The notes: generated by a model not told the origin, from the sequence alone. DNA of 64,000 bases from Candidatus Zhuqueibacterota bacterium (GCA_049322915.1 JBMOPW010000035.1:32001-96000); one strand, 5' to 3'; positions 21,735 to 32,540 are shown, numbered from the stretch's first letter. Program-made: numbers and translations.

Positions 21735-24700
21735 ATGCATTATTTTCAATTCAGCAGAAGATTTTTATGTGTCATGATGCTGCTGTTTGGCCTGACTCCC
21801 ATTCAAATCCTCGCTCAAAATAACCAATTTGTATTCAAACACATCACCGTTGAAGACGGTTTATCCCAGAATCTCGTTTATGCCATCCGGCAGGATCGCA
21901 ACGGCTTCATGTGGTTTGGAACGCAAGACGGACTCAATCGTTACGACGGGTACACCTTCACCATTTTCCAGTACAATCCGTATGATTCCACCTCCATTGC
22001 TGGACATGAAATCAGGGCGCTGTTCGAAGATAAAGCCGGGAACCTCTGGATCGGTGCCGCGGGACTGAGCCGCTTCGAGCCGATGTCGGAAACATTCGTT
22101 CGATTTGTTCACCAACCGAACAACCCCAATAGCCTCAGCAACAATAACGTCCAGGCGATTTGCGAAGATCAAAACGGCGCGCTGTGGATCGGCACGGACG
22201 ATGGGCTAAACCAGATCACGCTCAAACAACGGTCAGATAACCATCGATCCACAGAATCCACCATTTCCTTTAAGCAGTATCGGCACGACCCACAAAATCC
22301 CCGAAGCCTGAGCCATTACACGATCTCAGCGCTTCTCGTGGACAGGCATGGCTCGCTCTGGATTGGCACGAATAAAGGCCTGAACCGGGCGCTCCTGACG
22401 CCGGATTCCGGTTGCGACGTTGCCTTCGTGCGTTATACCAGCGAAGCGCCGGCGCCCTGTGGCATCGCAGACGATCTCATCACCTGTCTTCATGAAGATC
22501 GACTGGGCCGACTCTGGATCGGCACGCCATCGGGTTTGTTCCGGATGAATAACGGCGGGAATGGATTCAGCCACTACCCCTTTCCGGCCGGCATTTTTAA
22601 CTGGCGCTGGCAGGGAATTATTAAGGCGATCCTTGACCGCGCCGACGGCCACCTCTGGATCGGAACATTAGCCGGCCTGGCGTTGTTCGATACCACGACC
22701 GGAGCTTATCAATTCATCCCGCACGATTGCTCCGATCCTGCCGGTATCAATGATTATGGCATTCTCTGTATCTACCGGGATCACGGCGATGTTGTCTGGT
22801 TCGGCACTGCCGGTAAGGGGATTAACCGGCTGAATCCGCATACGAAGGCTTTTGTCCACTATGGCGGTCTTTCTCAACGATCACCGGGTCAGCATGCCTT
22901 CAGTGTGGTCGCGATGAACGAGGATCAGTACGGAACGCTGTGGATCAGCGCCAACAATCGTCTTTACCATCTCGATCGCGCCGATGGAAAGTGGCGGGAA
23001 TTCGAAAGCGACATGACGCCGGTTGGTTCGATGCTGATGGATCGACTGGGGATTATCTGGTTTCCAACGAGCAGCGGCTTGTGGGAATATGACCCGACAA
23101 GTCGCCAGATGACGCGACATCGACACAACCCGGACATTGATGGAACCCTCCCCTCGGATGCCATCTGTCGCGTCATCGAGGGCGAATCTGATGCGATATG
23201 GGCGCTGACTGTTGGCGGCATGCTCTGTCGCTTTGACCGACAGAGTCGCCGGTTCACCACCACGAAAATTCCTGACGCCGAAATGGCCATGTTTTACAGC
23301 GCCTATCGGGACCCGGAGGGCATTTTCTGGCTGGGAAGCGACGCCGGGTTGATTCGTTTCAATGTGAATGATTCATCGGTGCATTACTATCGCAACGATC
23401 CCTCAAAATTATCAAGCCTGAGCGACGACGTAATCTATTCCATTCTCGCTGATCCGGGCCAGCCGCAGCGATTCCTCTGGTTAGGAACGGCTGGCGGCGG
23501 GCTCAATCGTTTCGACATTCGGGCCGAAGAGTTCGTTCATTTCACCAAGAAAGATGGCCTGCCGAATGATGTGATTTACGGGATCCTGCCGGACCGTCTG
23601 GGCCGATTATGGTTGAGCACCAATTACGGTCTATCGGTCTTCGATCCGCAGCGTAGTACATTTCGAAATTTCGATCGTCGGGATGGTCTGCAAAGCAACG
23701 AATTCAATCGCGGCGCTTATTTCCTGAACAGGAAGGGAGAGATGTTCTTTGGCGGTATTAACGGACTGAATGCGTTTTACCCGGACAGCATCCGCGACAA
23801 TCCCCACGCGCCTCCCGTTGTAATCACCGATTTTCAGTTGGCATACCAATCGGTCTCGTTCCGGGAGCCTGATTCACCGCTGAAACAGCCATTATCTGAG
23901 ACCAAAGAGATTCGTCTGGCGCATGATCAGAACACCATTGCGTTCGAGTTCGCAGCGCTGGATTTCACCGAGCCGGTTAAAAATCGTTATGCTTACAAAC
24001 TGCAAGACTTCAATCCGCAGTGGGTAATGGCCGGAACCAATCGCAGAGCAACCTATACCAATCTGTCTCCGGGCGCTTATGTGTTCCAGGTGAAGGGCGC
24101 CAACAACGATGGCGTCTGGAATGAGAAAGGGACATCGATTCGGATCATCATTGCACCGCCGTTCTGGAAGACCTGGTGGGCTTATGCCGGCTACCTGATC
24201 CTCGGCATCGGTGCGGTTATTGGCATTGTGAAAGGCCGGGTTCGCCGCCTGGAAAAACGAACGCGGGAGCTCGAAACGGCAGTTCAGCAGCGCACCGCAG
24301 AAGTCGTGGCGCGGGAGAATCAGCTCGCCATTCAAGCTGAAAAGCTTCGGGAGCTCGACCGCATCAAATCCAGCTTCTTTGCCAATATCTCGCATGAGTT
24401 CCGCACGCCGCTGACGCTGATCCTGGGACCGGTGCAACGCTTGATCAGTGAAGTGGCGGAATTAGACGTCAAACACGAGCTGCGCCGGATTCAAAAAAAT
24501 GCCGGGCGCCTGCTGCGCCTCGTCAATCAATTGCTGGATCTTTCGAAATTGGAAAGCGGCAAAATGTCCGTACAGGCGCGCCGGGGAAATATTGTTCCCC
24601 TGCTTCAGGGCATCACTATGTCCTTTGCCTCGCTGGCGGAGCAGAAGCAAATCACACTGGGCTTTCATTCCGAAGCCGAAGAGATTGTCCTTTACTTCGA

Positions 24701-26009
24701 CCAGGACAAAATCGAAAAAATTTTTTATAACCTGCTCGCCAATGCCTTTAAGTTCACGCCGGAGGGCGGCAGTGTGGACGTGGCAGTTGAAATCCCCTCT
24801 CCCGAAGAACAAAGGGTGCAAAGCGAACAGCGAAAAACGCTCGCCACGCCCAACGCTTTACGCGCCGCGTTTATTCAGATCACTGTCAAAGACACCGGCA
24901 TCGGCATCCCCGCCGACCGACTGCCGCATATCTTCGATCGCTTTTATCAGGTCGACCACTCCAGCACCCGGGAGCATGAAGGCGCCGGCATTGGGCTGTC
25001 GCTGGTGAAAGAACTGGTAACGTTGCATCATGGCAGCGTCGCGGTCGCCAGCGTCGAAAAACAAGGCAGCACATTCACTGTCCTTCTGCCGCTGGGCAGA
25101 GAAGCGTTTGACCAGGACGAAATCAGCGATTCGGTTGCGCCGACTGAGTTGATGGACACCCCGGCAGCTATTGTAGCGCCGGATGAATTTGACGGGAAAA
25201 TATCGGAATCAACATCCGTTTCCGATGACCCAAAATGCACGACCGACGAGTTGGATACCATTGTGCTCGTGGTAGAAGATCACGCCGAGGTGCGGGCTTA
25301 TATTCGCGAATTTCTCGACGCCCGATACCGGGTGATTGAAGCCGGCGATGGCGCAGAAGGCGTCGTGAAAGCACAGGCAGTTATTCCGGATCTGGTTATC
25401 GGCGATGTGATGATGCCCCGGATGGACGGCTACGAAATGTGCCAGGCGTTGAAAACCGATGAGCGCACCAGCCATATCCCGGTCATCCTGCTGACAGCGC
25501 GGGCAGCGCTCGAAGATAAAGTGGCTGGCCTCAAAACCGGGGCTGACGATTATCTCACCAAACCCTTCGAGGCAGCGGAATTGCTGGCACGGGTGGAAAA
25601 CCTCATCGCATTACGGCGTAAGCTTCGGGAACGCTGGAAGCAAACCGTCCTGCTGAAACCCGGCGAAATTGCCGCGACGCCAATCGATCAGGCGTTTCTG
25701 GAAAAAGCGCTGGCAGTGGCAGAAGCGCATCTCAGCGTAGAAGATTTCAGCATCGAAGATTTTGCCGGCCAGGTCGGCATGAGCCGCTCCCAATTGCACC
25801 GCAAGCTCCACGCCCTGACCAACCAGTCGGCCAGCTTGTTCCTGCGCTCGGTTCGTTTGCAGCGCGCCGCCCAACTGCTGAAGCAGCGCGCCGGCACCAT
25901 CGCTGAAATTACCTACCGGGTCGGCTTCTCCAGCCAGGCTTATTTCACCCGCTGTTTCAGGGAACAGTTCGGCTGCTCGCCAAAGGAATATGCATCCAGG
26001 GTCGATTGA
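21735..26009 (+). CDS. Hybrid two-component system: beta-propeller sensor, Y_Y_Y, TM, HisKA/HATPase, REC, AraC HTH
   Basis: Repeated QDRNGFMWFGT/GLNR blades, YTNLSPGAY, FFANISHEFRTPLTLI, DTGIGI, DVMMP.MDG, LHRKL...VGFSSQAYF; start probably 21735 (track start 21660). Confidence 0.93.
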   Translation: MHYFQFSRRFLCVMMLLFGLTPIQILAQNNQFVFKHITVEDGLSQNLVYAIRQDRNGFMWFGTQDGLNRYDGYTFTIFQYNPYDSTSIAGHEIRALFEDKAGNLWIGAAGLSRFEPMSETFVRFVHQPNNPNSLSNNNVQAICEDQNGALWIGTDDGLNQITLKQRSDNHRSTESTISFKQYRHDPQNPRSLSHYTISALLVDRHGSLWIGTNKGLNRALLTPDSGCDVAFVRYTSEAPAPCGIADDLITCLHEDRLGRLWIGTPSGLFRMNNGGNGFSHYPFPAGIFNWRWQGIIKAILDRADGHLWIGTLAGLALFDTTTGAYQFIPHDCSDPAGINDYGILCIYRDHGDVVWFGTAGKGINRLNPHTKAFVHYGGLSQRSPGQHAFSVVAMNEDQYGTLWISANNRLYHLDRADGKWREFESDMTPVGSMLMDRLGIIWFPTSSGLWEYDPTSRQMTRHRHNPDIDGTLPSDAICRVIEGESDAIWALTVGGMLCRFDRQSRRFTTTKIPDAEMAMFYSAYRDPEGIFWLGSDAGLIRFNVNDSSVHYYRNDPSKLSSLSDDVIYSILADPGQPQRFLWLGTAGGGLNRFDIRAEEFVHFTKKDGLPNDVIYGILPDRLGRLWLSTNYGLSVFDPQRSTFRNFDRRDGLQSNEFNRGAYFLNRKGEMFFGGINGLNAFYPDSIRDNPHAPPVVITDFQLAYQSVSFREPDSPLKQPLSETKEIRLAHDQNTIAFEFAALDFTEPVKNRYAYKLQDFNPQWVMAGTNRRATYTNLSPGAYVFQVKGANNDGVWNEKGTSIRIIIAPPFWKTWWAYAGYLILGIGAVIGIVKGRVRRLEKRTRELETAVQQRTAEVVARENQLAIQAEKLRELDRIKSSFFANISHEFRTPLTLILGPVQRLISEVAELDVKHELRRIQKNAGRLLRLVNQLLDLSKLESGKMSVQARRGNIVPLLQGITMSFASLAEQKQITLGFHSEAEEIVLYFDQDKIEKIFYNLLANAFKFTPEGGSVDVAVEIPSPEEQRVQSEQRKTLATPNALRAAFIQITVKDTGIGIPADRLPHIFDRFYQVDHSSTREHEGAGIGLSLVKELVTLHHGSVAVASVEKQGSTFTVLLPLGREAFDQDEISDSVAPTELMDTPAAIVAPDEFDGKISESTSVSDDPKCTTDELDTIVLVVEDHAEVRAYIREFLDARYRVIEAGDGAEGVVKAQAVIPDLVIGDVMMPRMDGYEMCQALKTDERTSHIPVILLTARAALEDKVAGLKTGADDYLTKPFEAAELLARVENLIALRRKLRERWKQTVLLKPGEIAATPIDQAFLEKALAVAEAHLSVEDFSIEDFAGQVGMSRSQLHRKLHALTNQSASLFLRSVRLQRAAQLLKQRAGTIAEITYRVGFSSQAYFTRCFREQFGCSPKEYASRVD

Positions 26010-26259
26010 ATGAACAAACAGCAATTTATAAAAATCAAATCTCAATGCTCAAATCCCAAATAAATTTCAAACTCAAAATTCAAAAGAACCGATGTCCAGG
26101 CTGGTAGGTTAGAGCACTGGATTGTTTGATATTTTTAATATTGAAAATTGTCTTTTATTTGTGATTTATTATTTGACTTTTGGGATTTAGTGTCTTGAAC
26201 CTCCCACCATGCTTTCGTCGAATTCCTTCTGATGATTTTCTTCAAAAAAAAATCTCCCA

Positions 26260-26292
26260 GCAACATAGCTGCAAAACTTTGCAACATAGCTG
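26260..26292 (+). promoter_or_regulatory. Tandem direct repeat GCAACATAGCTG, 21-bp period; candidate AraC/HTCS operator
   Basis: Identical 12-mers at 26260-26271 and 26281-26292, between the HTCS gene and the large secreted protein gene. Confidence 0.6.
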
Positions 26293-26427
26293 AAAGATTT
26301 TTTCACCGGGATTTATTATCTTGCCTCATCAAATCAACGACACCGGCTTGAATTCCATCGATTCATTCAGGGGGAATTAATACATGCGGGTGGGATCACT
26401 TTTAATTTTAATGCAGGGAGAAGCATT

Positions 26428-29400
26428 ATGAAAACCTTCACTCATTACATTCGATTTTTGTTGTTCACCGTTTTATTAATGGCCGTTGCCGTTCCCGGCT
26501 ATGGCCAGTTCACAGATATTGGCGCAGGCCTGACCGGGGTTTATTATAGTTCTGTTGCCTGGGGTGACTATGACAACGATGGCGACCTCGACATGCTGCT
26601 CACAGGAAACGACCTGTCCGGTGGCGCCATCGCCAAAGTCTATCAAAATACTGTTGCGGGTTTTGCCGAAATCAGCGCGGGTTTGATGGGGGTGGGACAA
26701 AGCTCTGTGGCCTGGGGCGATTATGACAACGACGGTGATCTGGATATTTTGCTCACCGGAGAAAATGTTTCGGACATCAGTATTACCAAGGTGTATCAAA
26801 ATGCGAATGGTGTTTTCACCGATATCAGTGCGAGCCTGGTCGGAGTTGATGGAGGCTCTGCAGCCTGGGGCGACTATGACAACGACGGCGACCTTGATAT
26901 CCTGCTCACGGGCGCCGGTGGTTATGGCAAAACTGCCAGGATCTATCAGAATAACGGCGGTGTTTTTACCAATATTAGCGCCAACTTGCCCGGCATATCC
27001 AGGGGTGCAACAGCGTGGGGCGATTATGACAACGACGGCGATCTCGATATTTTGCTAACGGGCAGTACCGATTCCGGCCTGATTGCCAAAGTCTATCAGA
27101 ATACCAACGGCATTTTTGCGGACATAGACGCAGGCCTCACCGGGATTTGGTACAGCGCTGTCGCCTGGGGCGACTATGACAACGACGGTGACCTCGACAT
27201 CCTGATTGCGGGCATGGCGGGCAGTACAGGCAGCAGTAATATTGCCAAAATCTATCAAAATACCGCCGGCGTTTTTACCGATATTGGCGCTGACCTGGCA
27301 AGAGTCATGAATGGCTCCGTTGCCTGGGGCGACTATGATAACGATGGCGACCTCGATATCTTGTTAACAGGACAAGATAGTTGGGGTGGGTATATTGCCC
27401 AGGTCTATCAAAATGTTAATGGCATTTTCACAGACATCGGCGCAGATCTGGCGCAAGTTACCAACGCTTCGGTGGCCTGGGGTGATTTTAACAATGATAG
27501 TAAACTTGATATCCTTTTAACGGGTATGTCCGCTTCAGGCGAGATCGCCAAAATCTATCGCAATGACGGCGCCGTCTTAAACACTGTCCCTTCGGCGCCC
27601 GGCAATTTAAGTGTCGTGGTGAACGCCAACGCCGTTGCGCTCAGTTGGGATGCGGCTTCCGATGCTCAAACTCCCAGCGCCGGGCTGACCTACAATCTGA
27701 TGGTCGGCACCAGTTCCAACGGCATTGACATCAATTCACCGATGGCAGACATTGCCACCGGCTACCGCCGCGTGGTGCAATTGGGCGGCACCAATCACAA
27801 TGAATCGTGGACACTGAAGAATTTGCCTGGTGGCGATTATTTCTGGCGCGTGCAGGCCGTGGATGCGGCGTTTGCCGGCTCGCCTTTTTCGGGAGAAGGA
27901 GCGTTCTCCGTCAGCCCCGAAATCGATGTTCAAAGCAACGCCACCTCTATTGCCAACGGCGATAACACGCCTGCAACCGGCGACGGCACCGATTTTGGCG
28001 CTGCGCCAATTCTCACCGGTGTCGTAGATCATGTTTTTACCATTCTCAATACCGGAACCGCGGTTTTAAACCTCACCGGCGCGCCGATGGTGCAAATCAG
28101 CGGAGCGAATGCGGAGGACTTTTCGGTGACGGTAGAGCCGGCAAGCCCGGTGGCGGCGGGCGGTAGCACGAATTTTACTGTGCATTTTGACCCGAGCGCC
28201 GAAGGAGTTCGTACAGCAACCATCAGCATTGCCAATGACGATAGCGATGAGAATCCGTACGAGTTTGCCATTCAAGGCACGGGCGTCCTGGAACCGTTCA
28301 CCGACATGGGCAGCATGGGCGTGGCCAGCGTGGCTAATATTGGTGATCGTTCCTTAGCCTGGGGCGATTATGACAACGACGGCGATCTTGATATTTTGCT
28401 AACGGGTAGTGCCGATTCCGACTTGATCGCCAAAGTCTATCAAAATACAGGCAGCGGTTTCACCGACATCGGCGCGGCCCTACCTGGTTTGAATACTGGT
28501 TCTGTGGCCTGGGGAGATTATGACAATGACGGCGACCTTGACATTTTGCTATCAGGCTACAACGGTCAGGGAGACAATATCGCTCGAGTATACTGCAATG
28601 ACGGCGGCGCTTTCAGCGACATTGGCGCCGGCCTGACCGGGGTTAACGAAAGTTCCGTAGCCTGGGGCGACTATGACAATGACGGCGACCTCGACATCTT
28701 GCTTACGGGCGACAGTGGCTCCGACGAAATTGCCAAAGTCTATCAAAATACCGGCGGCGCTTTTGTCGACATCGGCGCCAGCTTGACCGGAGTTAGTCAG
28801 AGTTCAGTTGCCTGGGGCGACTATGACAATGACGGCGATCTGGACATTTTGCTCACCGGATATCATCCCGGCCAAACATCAGGCGGCGAAACAACTATTA
28901 TCTATCAAAATACCGGGGGCGTTTTCTCCGCTATCGGAGCAAGTGTGAACAGAATTAGAAATGGCTCGGTCGCCTGGGGCGACTATGACAACGACGGCGA
29001 CCTCGATATTCTGCTTACAGGTAATGGCATTGCCGAAATTTATCAGAATACCGACGGCGTTTTTACCGACATCGGCGCGGGTTTGACCGGAGTCTCCAAT
29101 GGCTCCGCAGCCTGGGGCGACTATGACAACGATGGCGACCTCGACATCCTGCTCGCAGGTAGCGTCCCCCAACAATATATCACTAAAATCTATCAGAATA
29201 CCGGCGGTGCTTTCACCGACATTGGCGCAAGCTTGCCCGGACTCTCCCAAAGCTCTCCAACCTGGGGAGACTATGACAACGACGGCGATTTAGACTTTAT
29301 ACAAACAGGATATGATGTTTCAACACCTGAATATAACAAAGTCTGCAAAATCTATCGCAACAATAGCGCCGTATGCAACACCGTGCCTTCCGCGCCCGGC

Positions 29401-32187
29401 AATTTGAACGCGGCGGTGAACGATGAGGAGGTAACGCTTAGCTGGAATGCGGCTTCCGATGCCCAAACGGCGAGCGCCGGGCTGACCTACAATCTCATGG
29501 TGGGCACCACATCCAACGGCGTTGACGTCAGCTCTCCCATGGCGAATGTGAGTAACGGTTGGCGCCGCGTGGTGCAATTGGGCGGGACCAATCACAACGA
29601 GTCTTGGACGCTGAAGAATCTGCCTGTTGGCGATTATTTCTGGCGCGTGCAGGCAGTGGATGCGGCGTTTGCCGGCTCGCCGTTTTCGGCGCAGGCAACA
29701 TTTTCTGTTGGTTCGCCCGAAATGGACGTACAGGGCAACGGCGTCTCCATTGCCGATGGCGATGACACGCCTGCAACCAGCGACGACACCGATTTCGGCG
29801 AGGTCGAAGTGGCAGCCGGCGCTGTCGAGCATACGTTCACCATTGAGAATACCGGCAATACGGAGTTGAACCTCACCGGCGGTTCGCCGCTGGTGGTGGT
29901 GACCGGCAACGGCTTTTCACTGGTCACTGACGCCGCGACACCGGTAGCTGCCGACGGCGGCACTGCCACTTTCACCATTCGCTTTGAGCCAGCAACGGCT
30001 GGCGTCGTTACCGGCAATGTCTCCATTGCTAACGACGACGCGGATGAGAATCCGTATGACTTCGCCATTCAAGGCGCGGGAATGGGCGCGGCGGAGATGG
30101 ATGCGCTCGGCAACTCCGTTTCAATTGCCGACGGCGACGCCACGCCTTCTTCTGCGGATCACACCGACTTCGGCTCTGCCGATATTTCGAGCGGCAGCGT
30201 GGATCGAGTCTTCACAATTGCCAACCTCGGCAACCTGGATTTGAATCTCACCGGCGCGCCGAAAGTGCAAATCGGTGGAGCAAATGCCGCGGACTTCTCC
30301 GTGACCGTGCAGCCGTCGAGTCCAGTTGCAGCGAGCGGCAATACGACTTTCACGGTGCATTTCGATCCGAGCGTGGTTGGCTTGCGCAGCGCGACGGTGA
30401 GCATTGCCAACGACGACGCGAACGAGAATCCGTATGACTTCGCCATTCAAGGCGCGGGAATGGGTACGCCGGAGATGGACGTGCAGGGCAACGGCGCTTC
30501 AATTGCCGATGGCGATAACACGCCTGCAACCAGCGACGATACTGACTTCGGCGAGGTCGAAGTGGCAACGGGTGCAGTCGAGCACACGTTCACCATTGAA
30601 AATACCGGCAATGCGGAGTTGAACCTCACCGGCGGTTCGCCGCTGGTGGTCGTGACCGGCGACGGCTTTTCACTGGTCACCGACGCCGCGACACAGGTAG
30701 CTGCCGACGGCGGCACTGCCACTTTCACCATTCGCTTTGAGCCCACTGCGGCTGGCGTCGCTTCCGGCGCTGTCTCTATTGCCAATGACGATGCGGATGA
30801 AAATCCGTACGACTTTGCCATTCAAGGCAGCGGCGTGGTTCCGGTTGCCAGCGACTGGACCGATGTTTCTCCGGGTACGGCTCCGGCGCCGCGCTACTGG
30901 CATGCTACAGCCTATATTGGCGACGGACAAATCCTCCTGTTTGGCGGAACCAATGGCGGTTACACTGCTTACAATGATACCTGGCTGTACGATATTGACA
31001 GCAATACCTGGACAAATAAACAACCGGCCAATGCCCCCGGTGGACGCGTGCGCATGGCCATGGCCTATATCGGCGATGGCAAAGTGCTGATGTACGGCGG
31101 CAGCCCGGTGATTCCACTATTCGGCGCCAATCCGGCTTCCGAAACCTGGCTCTACAATCTGGCAACAAACAGTTGGACCAAGCTTTCCCCCAGCGGCGCA
31201 CCGCCGGCCCTGGATGGACACGGCATGTGTTTCAGCGGCGGCTCCGACAAAGTGCTGCTATTCGGCGGACGGCTCATCAAACAATATACCCGCAGCGATC
31301 AGACCTGGATTTTTGACCTGAGTGAAAATAAATGGACCCGCAAGAGCGCCAACAAGACGCGCCCCGGCGCTCGCGCCTCGTTTGCCATGGCCTACTTTGG
31401 CACAGACCAGGCCGTGATCTTTGGCGGCTTCACCGGCGTCACCCAGCTTGACGAGACCTGGCTGTATGATCGCGGTTCCGATAAATGGACGAAGCTTTCG
31501 CCCACCGAAAAACCGGCGGCTCGCTACAATCACACCGCCGCCTGGCTTGGCGACGACCGCATCATGATTTTTGGCGGACGCGCCGACATCATCAGCGATC
31601 CCAATAGCAACAGCGAAACGGTCATTTATGGTGACACCTGGGTGTTTGACCAAAGCGACAACACCTGGATCGAGGACGACAACAACGACAGCAGTCCGGC
31701 CGAGCGGGCTAATCCGCGGCTGGCCGAAACCAGCCTGGATGGCTCCAGTCGTATCGTGCTGTTTGGCGGTAATACCGATGCCGAGGTTTTCGGCGATACC
31801 TGGACCTTTGGCGGCGCCGATTATCTCGCCAAAGGAAATATCCTGGTTGAACTGGGCGGCGAGGATGGCGCTGAACAACCGCTACTGACCAATGAACCAG
31901 AGATACCATCGGAATTTGAGCTGGAACAAAACTATCCCAACCCGTTCAATCCGCAGACTGAAATTCGATTCAACCTGCCGGAAGATGGAATCGTATCGCT
32001 GAAAGTGTACGACCTGCTGGGGCGGGAAATAACATCACTGCTGGAAGGTGCGCTGCCGGCCGGCGCTCACCGCGTCATATTCGATGGACATAACCTATCG
32101 AGCGGCATTTATTTATGTGCACTGAAAGTGAATAGCCGCGATGGTAACGCTTCCATGCAAATGAAGCGGATGATCTTAATGAAATAA
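26428..32187 (+). CDS. Large secreted/surface protein: 2x(7 FG-GAP-like repeats + FN3-like domain), 4 Ig-like (choice-of-anchor D/ASH-type) domains, Kelch-like propeller, T9SS type A-like C-terminal domain
   Basis: Signal peptide; 14 WGD(Y/F)..D..LD repeats in two sets of 7; NTVPSAPGNL FN3 starts; ANDD.DENPY.FAIQG x4; LFGG...DTW repeats; LEQNYPNPFNPQTEIRF...VYDLLGRE. Confidence 0.9.
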   Translation: MKTFTHYIRFLLFTVLLMAVAVPGYGQFTDIGAGLTGVYYSSVAWGDYDNDGDLDMLLTGNDLSGGAIAKVYQNTVAGFAEISAGLMGVGQSSVAWGDYDNDGDLDILLTGENVSDISITKVYQNANGVFTDISASLVGVDGGSAAWGDYDNDGDLDILLTGAGGYGKTARIYQNNGGVFTNISANLPGISRGATAWGDYDNDGDLDILLTGSTDSGLIAKVYQNTNGIFADIDAGLTGIWYSAVAWGDYDNDGDLDILIAGMAGSTGSSNIAKIYQNTAGVFTDIGADLARVMNGSVAWGDYDNDGDLDILLTGQDSWGGYIAQVYQNVNGIFTDIGADLAQVTNASVAWGDFNNDSKLDILLTGMSASGEIAKIYRNDGAVLNTVPSAPGNLSVVVNANAVALSWDAASDAQTPSAGLTYNLMVGTSSNGIDINSPMADIATGYRRVVQLGGTNHNESWTLKNLPGGDYFWRVQAVDAAFAGSPFSGEGAFSVSPEIDVQSNATSIANGDNTPATGDGTDFGAAPILTGVVDHVFTILNTGTAVLNLTGAPMVQISGANAEDFSVTVEPASPVAAGGSTNFTVHFDPSAEGVRTATISIANDDSDENPYEFAIQGTGVLEPFTDMGSMGVASVANIGDRSLAWGDYDNDGDLDILLTGSADSDLIAKVYQNTGSGFTDIGAALPGLNTGSVAWGDYDNDGDLDILLSGYNGQGDNIARVYCNDGGAFSDIGAGLTGVNESSVAWGDYDNDGDLDILLTGDSGSDEIAKVYQNTGGAFVDIGASLTGVSQSSVAWGDYDNDGDLDILLTGYHPGQTSGGETTIIYQNTGGVFSAIGASVNRIRNGSVAWGDYDNDGDLDILLTGNGIAEIYQNTDGVFTDIGAGLTGVSNGSAAWGDYDNDGDLDILLAGSVPQQYITKIYQNTGGAFTDIGASLPGLSQSSPTWGDYDNDGDLDFIQTGYDVSTPEYNKVCKIYRNNSAVCNTVPSAPGNLNAAVNDEEVTLSWNAASDAQTASAGLTYNLMVGTTSNGVDVSSPMANVSNGWRRVVQLGGTNHNESWTLKNLPVGDYFWRVQAVDAAFAGSPFSAQATFSVGSPEMDVQGNGVSIADGDDTPATSDDTDFGEVEVAAGAVEHTFTIENTGNTELNLTGGSPLVVVTGNGFSLVTDAATPVAADGGTATFTIRFEPATAGVVTGNVSIANDDADENPYDFAIQGAGMGAAEMDALGNSVSIADGDATPSSADHTDFGSADISSGSVDRVFTIANLGNLDLNLTGAPKVQIGGANAADFSVTVQPSSPVAASGNTTFTVHFDPSVVGLRSATVSIANDDANENPYDFAIQGAGMGTPEMDVQGNGASIADGDNTPATSDDTDFGEVEVATGAVEHTFTIENTGNAELNLTGGSPLVVVTGDGFSLVTDAATQVAADGGTATFTIRFEPTAAGVASGAVSIANDDADENPYDFAIQGSGVVPVASDWTDVSPGTAPAPRYWHATAYIGDGQILLFGGTNGGYTAYNDTWLYDIDSNTWTNKQPANAPGGRVRMAMAYIGDGKVLMYGGSPVIPLFGANPASETWLYNLATNSWTKLSPSGAPPALDGHGMCFSGGSDKVLLFGGRLIKQYTRSDQTWIFDLSENKWTRKSANKTRPGARASFAMAYFGTDQAVIFGGFTGVTQLDETWLYDRGSDKWTKLSPTEKPAARYNHTAAWLGDDRIMIFGGRADIISDPNSNSETVIYGDTWVFDQSDNTWIEDDNNDSSPAERANPRLAETSLDGSSRIVLFGGNTDAEVFGDTWTFGGADYLAKGNILVELGGEDGAEQPLLTNEPEIPSEFELEQNYPNPFNPQTEIRFNLPEDGIVSLKVYDLLGREITSLLEGALPAGAHRVIFDGHNLSSGIYLCALKVNSRDGNASMQMKRMILMK
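29722..30828 (+). repeat. Near-identical intragenic duplication of an Ig-like domain (about 29722-30075 and 30475-30828)
   Basis: Both copies encode MDVQGNG.SIADGD.TPATSDDTDFGEVEVA.GAVEHTFTIENTGN...ENPYDFAIQG with long identical DNA runs, 753 bp apart. Confidence 0.85.
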
Positions 32188-32208
32188 TAATTTTCTGCTG
32201 CATGAGCT

Positions 32209-32247
32209 AAAAAAGCCGGTATTCAATTGCGAATGCCGGCTTTTTTT
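32209..32247 (+). terminator. Intrinsic terminator
   Basis: GCCGGTATTC-AATTGC-GAATGCCGGC followed by T7 and preceded by an A-run. Confidence 0.85.
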
Positions 32248-32499
32248 GGTTCAACCGGCAATCTAACAGGAAGAATTTCATTGACCTCCTCTGTTTAACT
32301 TCGCCATGGCAGTGAGACTGCATCACGTTCAATCTATGCGGTTAACTATCTGCGTCAAAAACGGATGCATGGTAAATGACTGGCCAGGCGTTGGAGAGTG
32401 CACTGCGCGGAACGCGAAACGCTGCGCACCGGACGTCCCGACATTGTATGATTCCGAGGAGGCAACTTGATAATGTCTATTCATGTGGCTAAAACGAAG

Positions 32500-32540
32500 A
32501 AAGCCGCTACCTCGTGATTCAACCGAGATAGCGGCTTTTT
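32500..32540 (-). terminator. Intrinsic terminator downstream of the 11-heme cytochrome gene (could act in both directions)
   Basis: AAAGCCGCTAcCTCG...CGAGaTAGCGGCTTT stem. Confidence 0.7.

Noticed and set aside
26557..29300. Regularly spaced GCCTGGGGCGACTATGACAACGACGGCGA repeats as a CRISPR array
   Set aside because: They are in-frame coding repeats (WGDYDNDGD) with synonymous variation and similar, not unique, spacers
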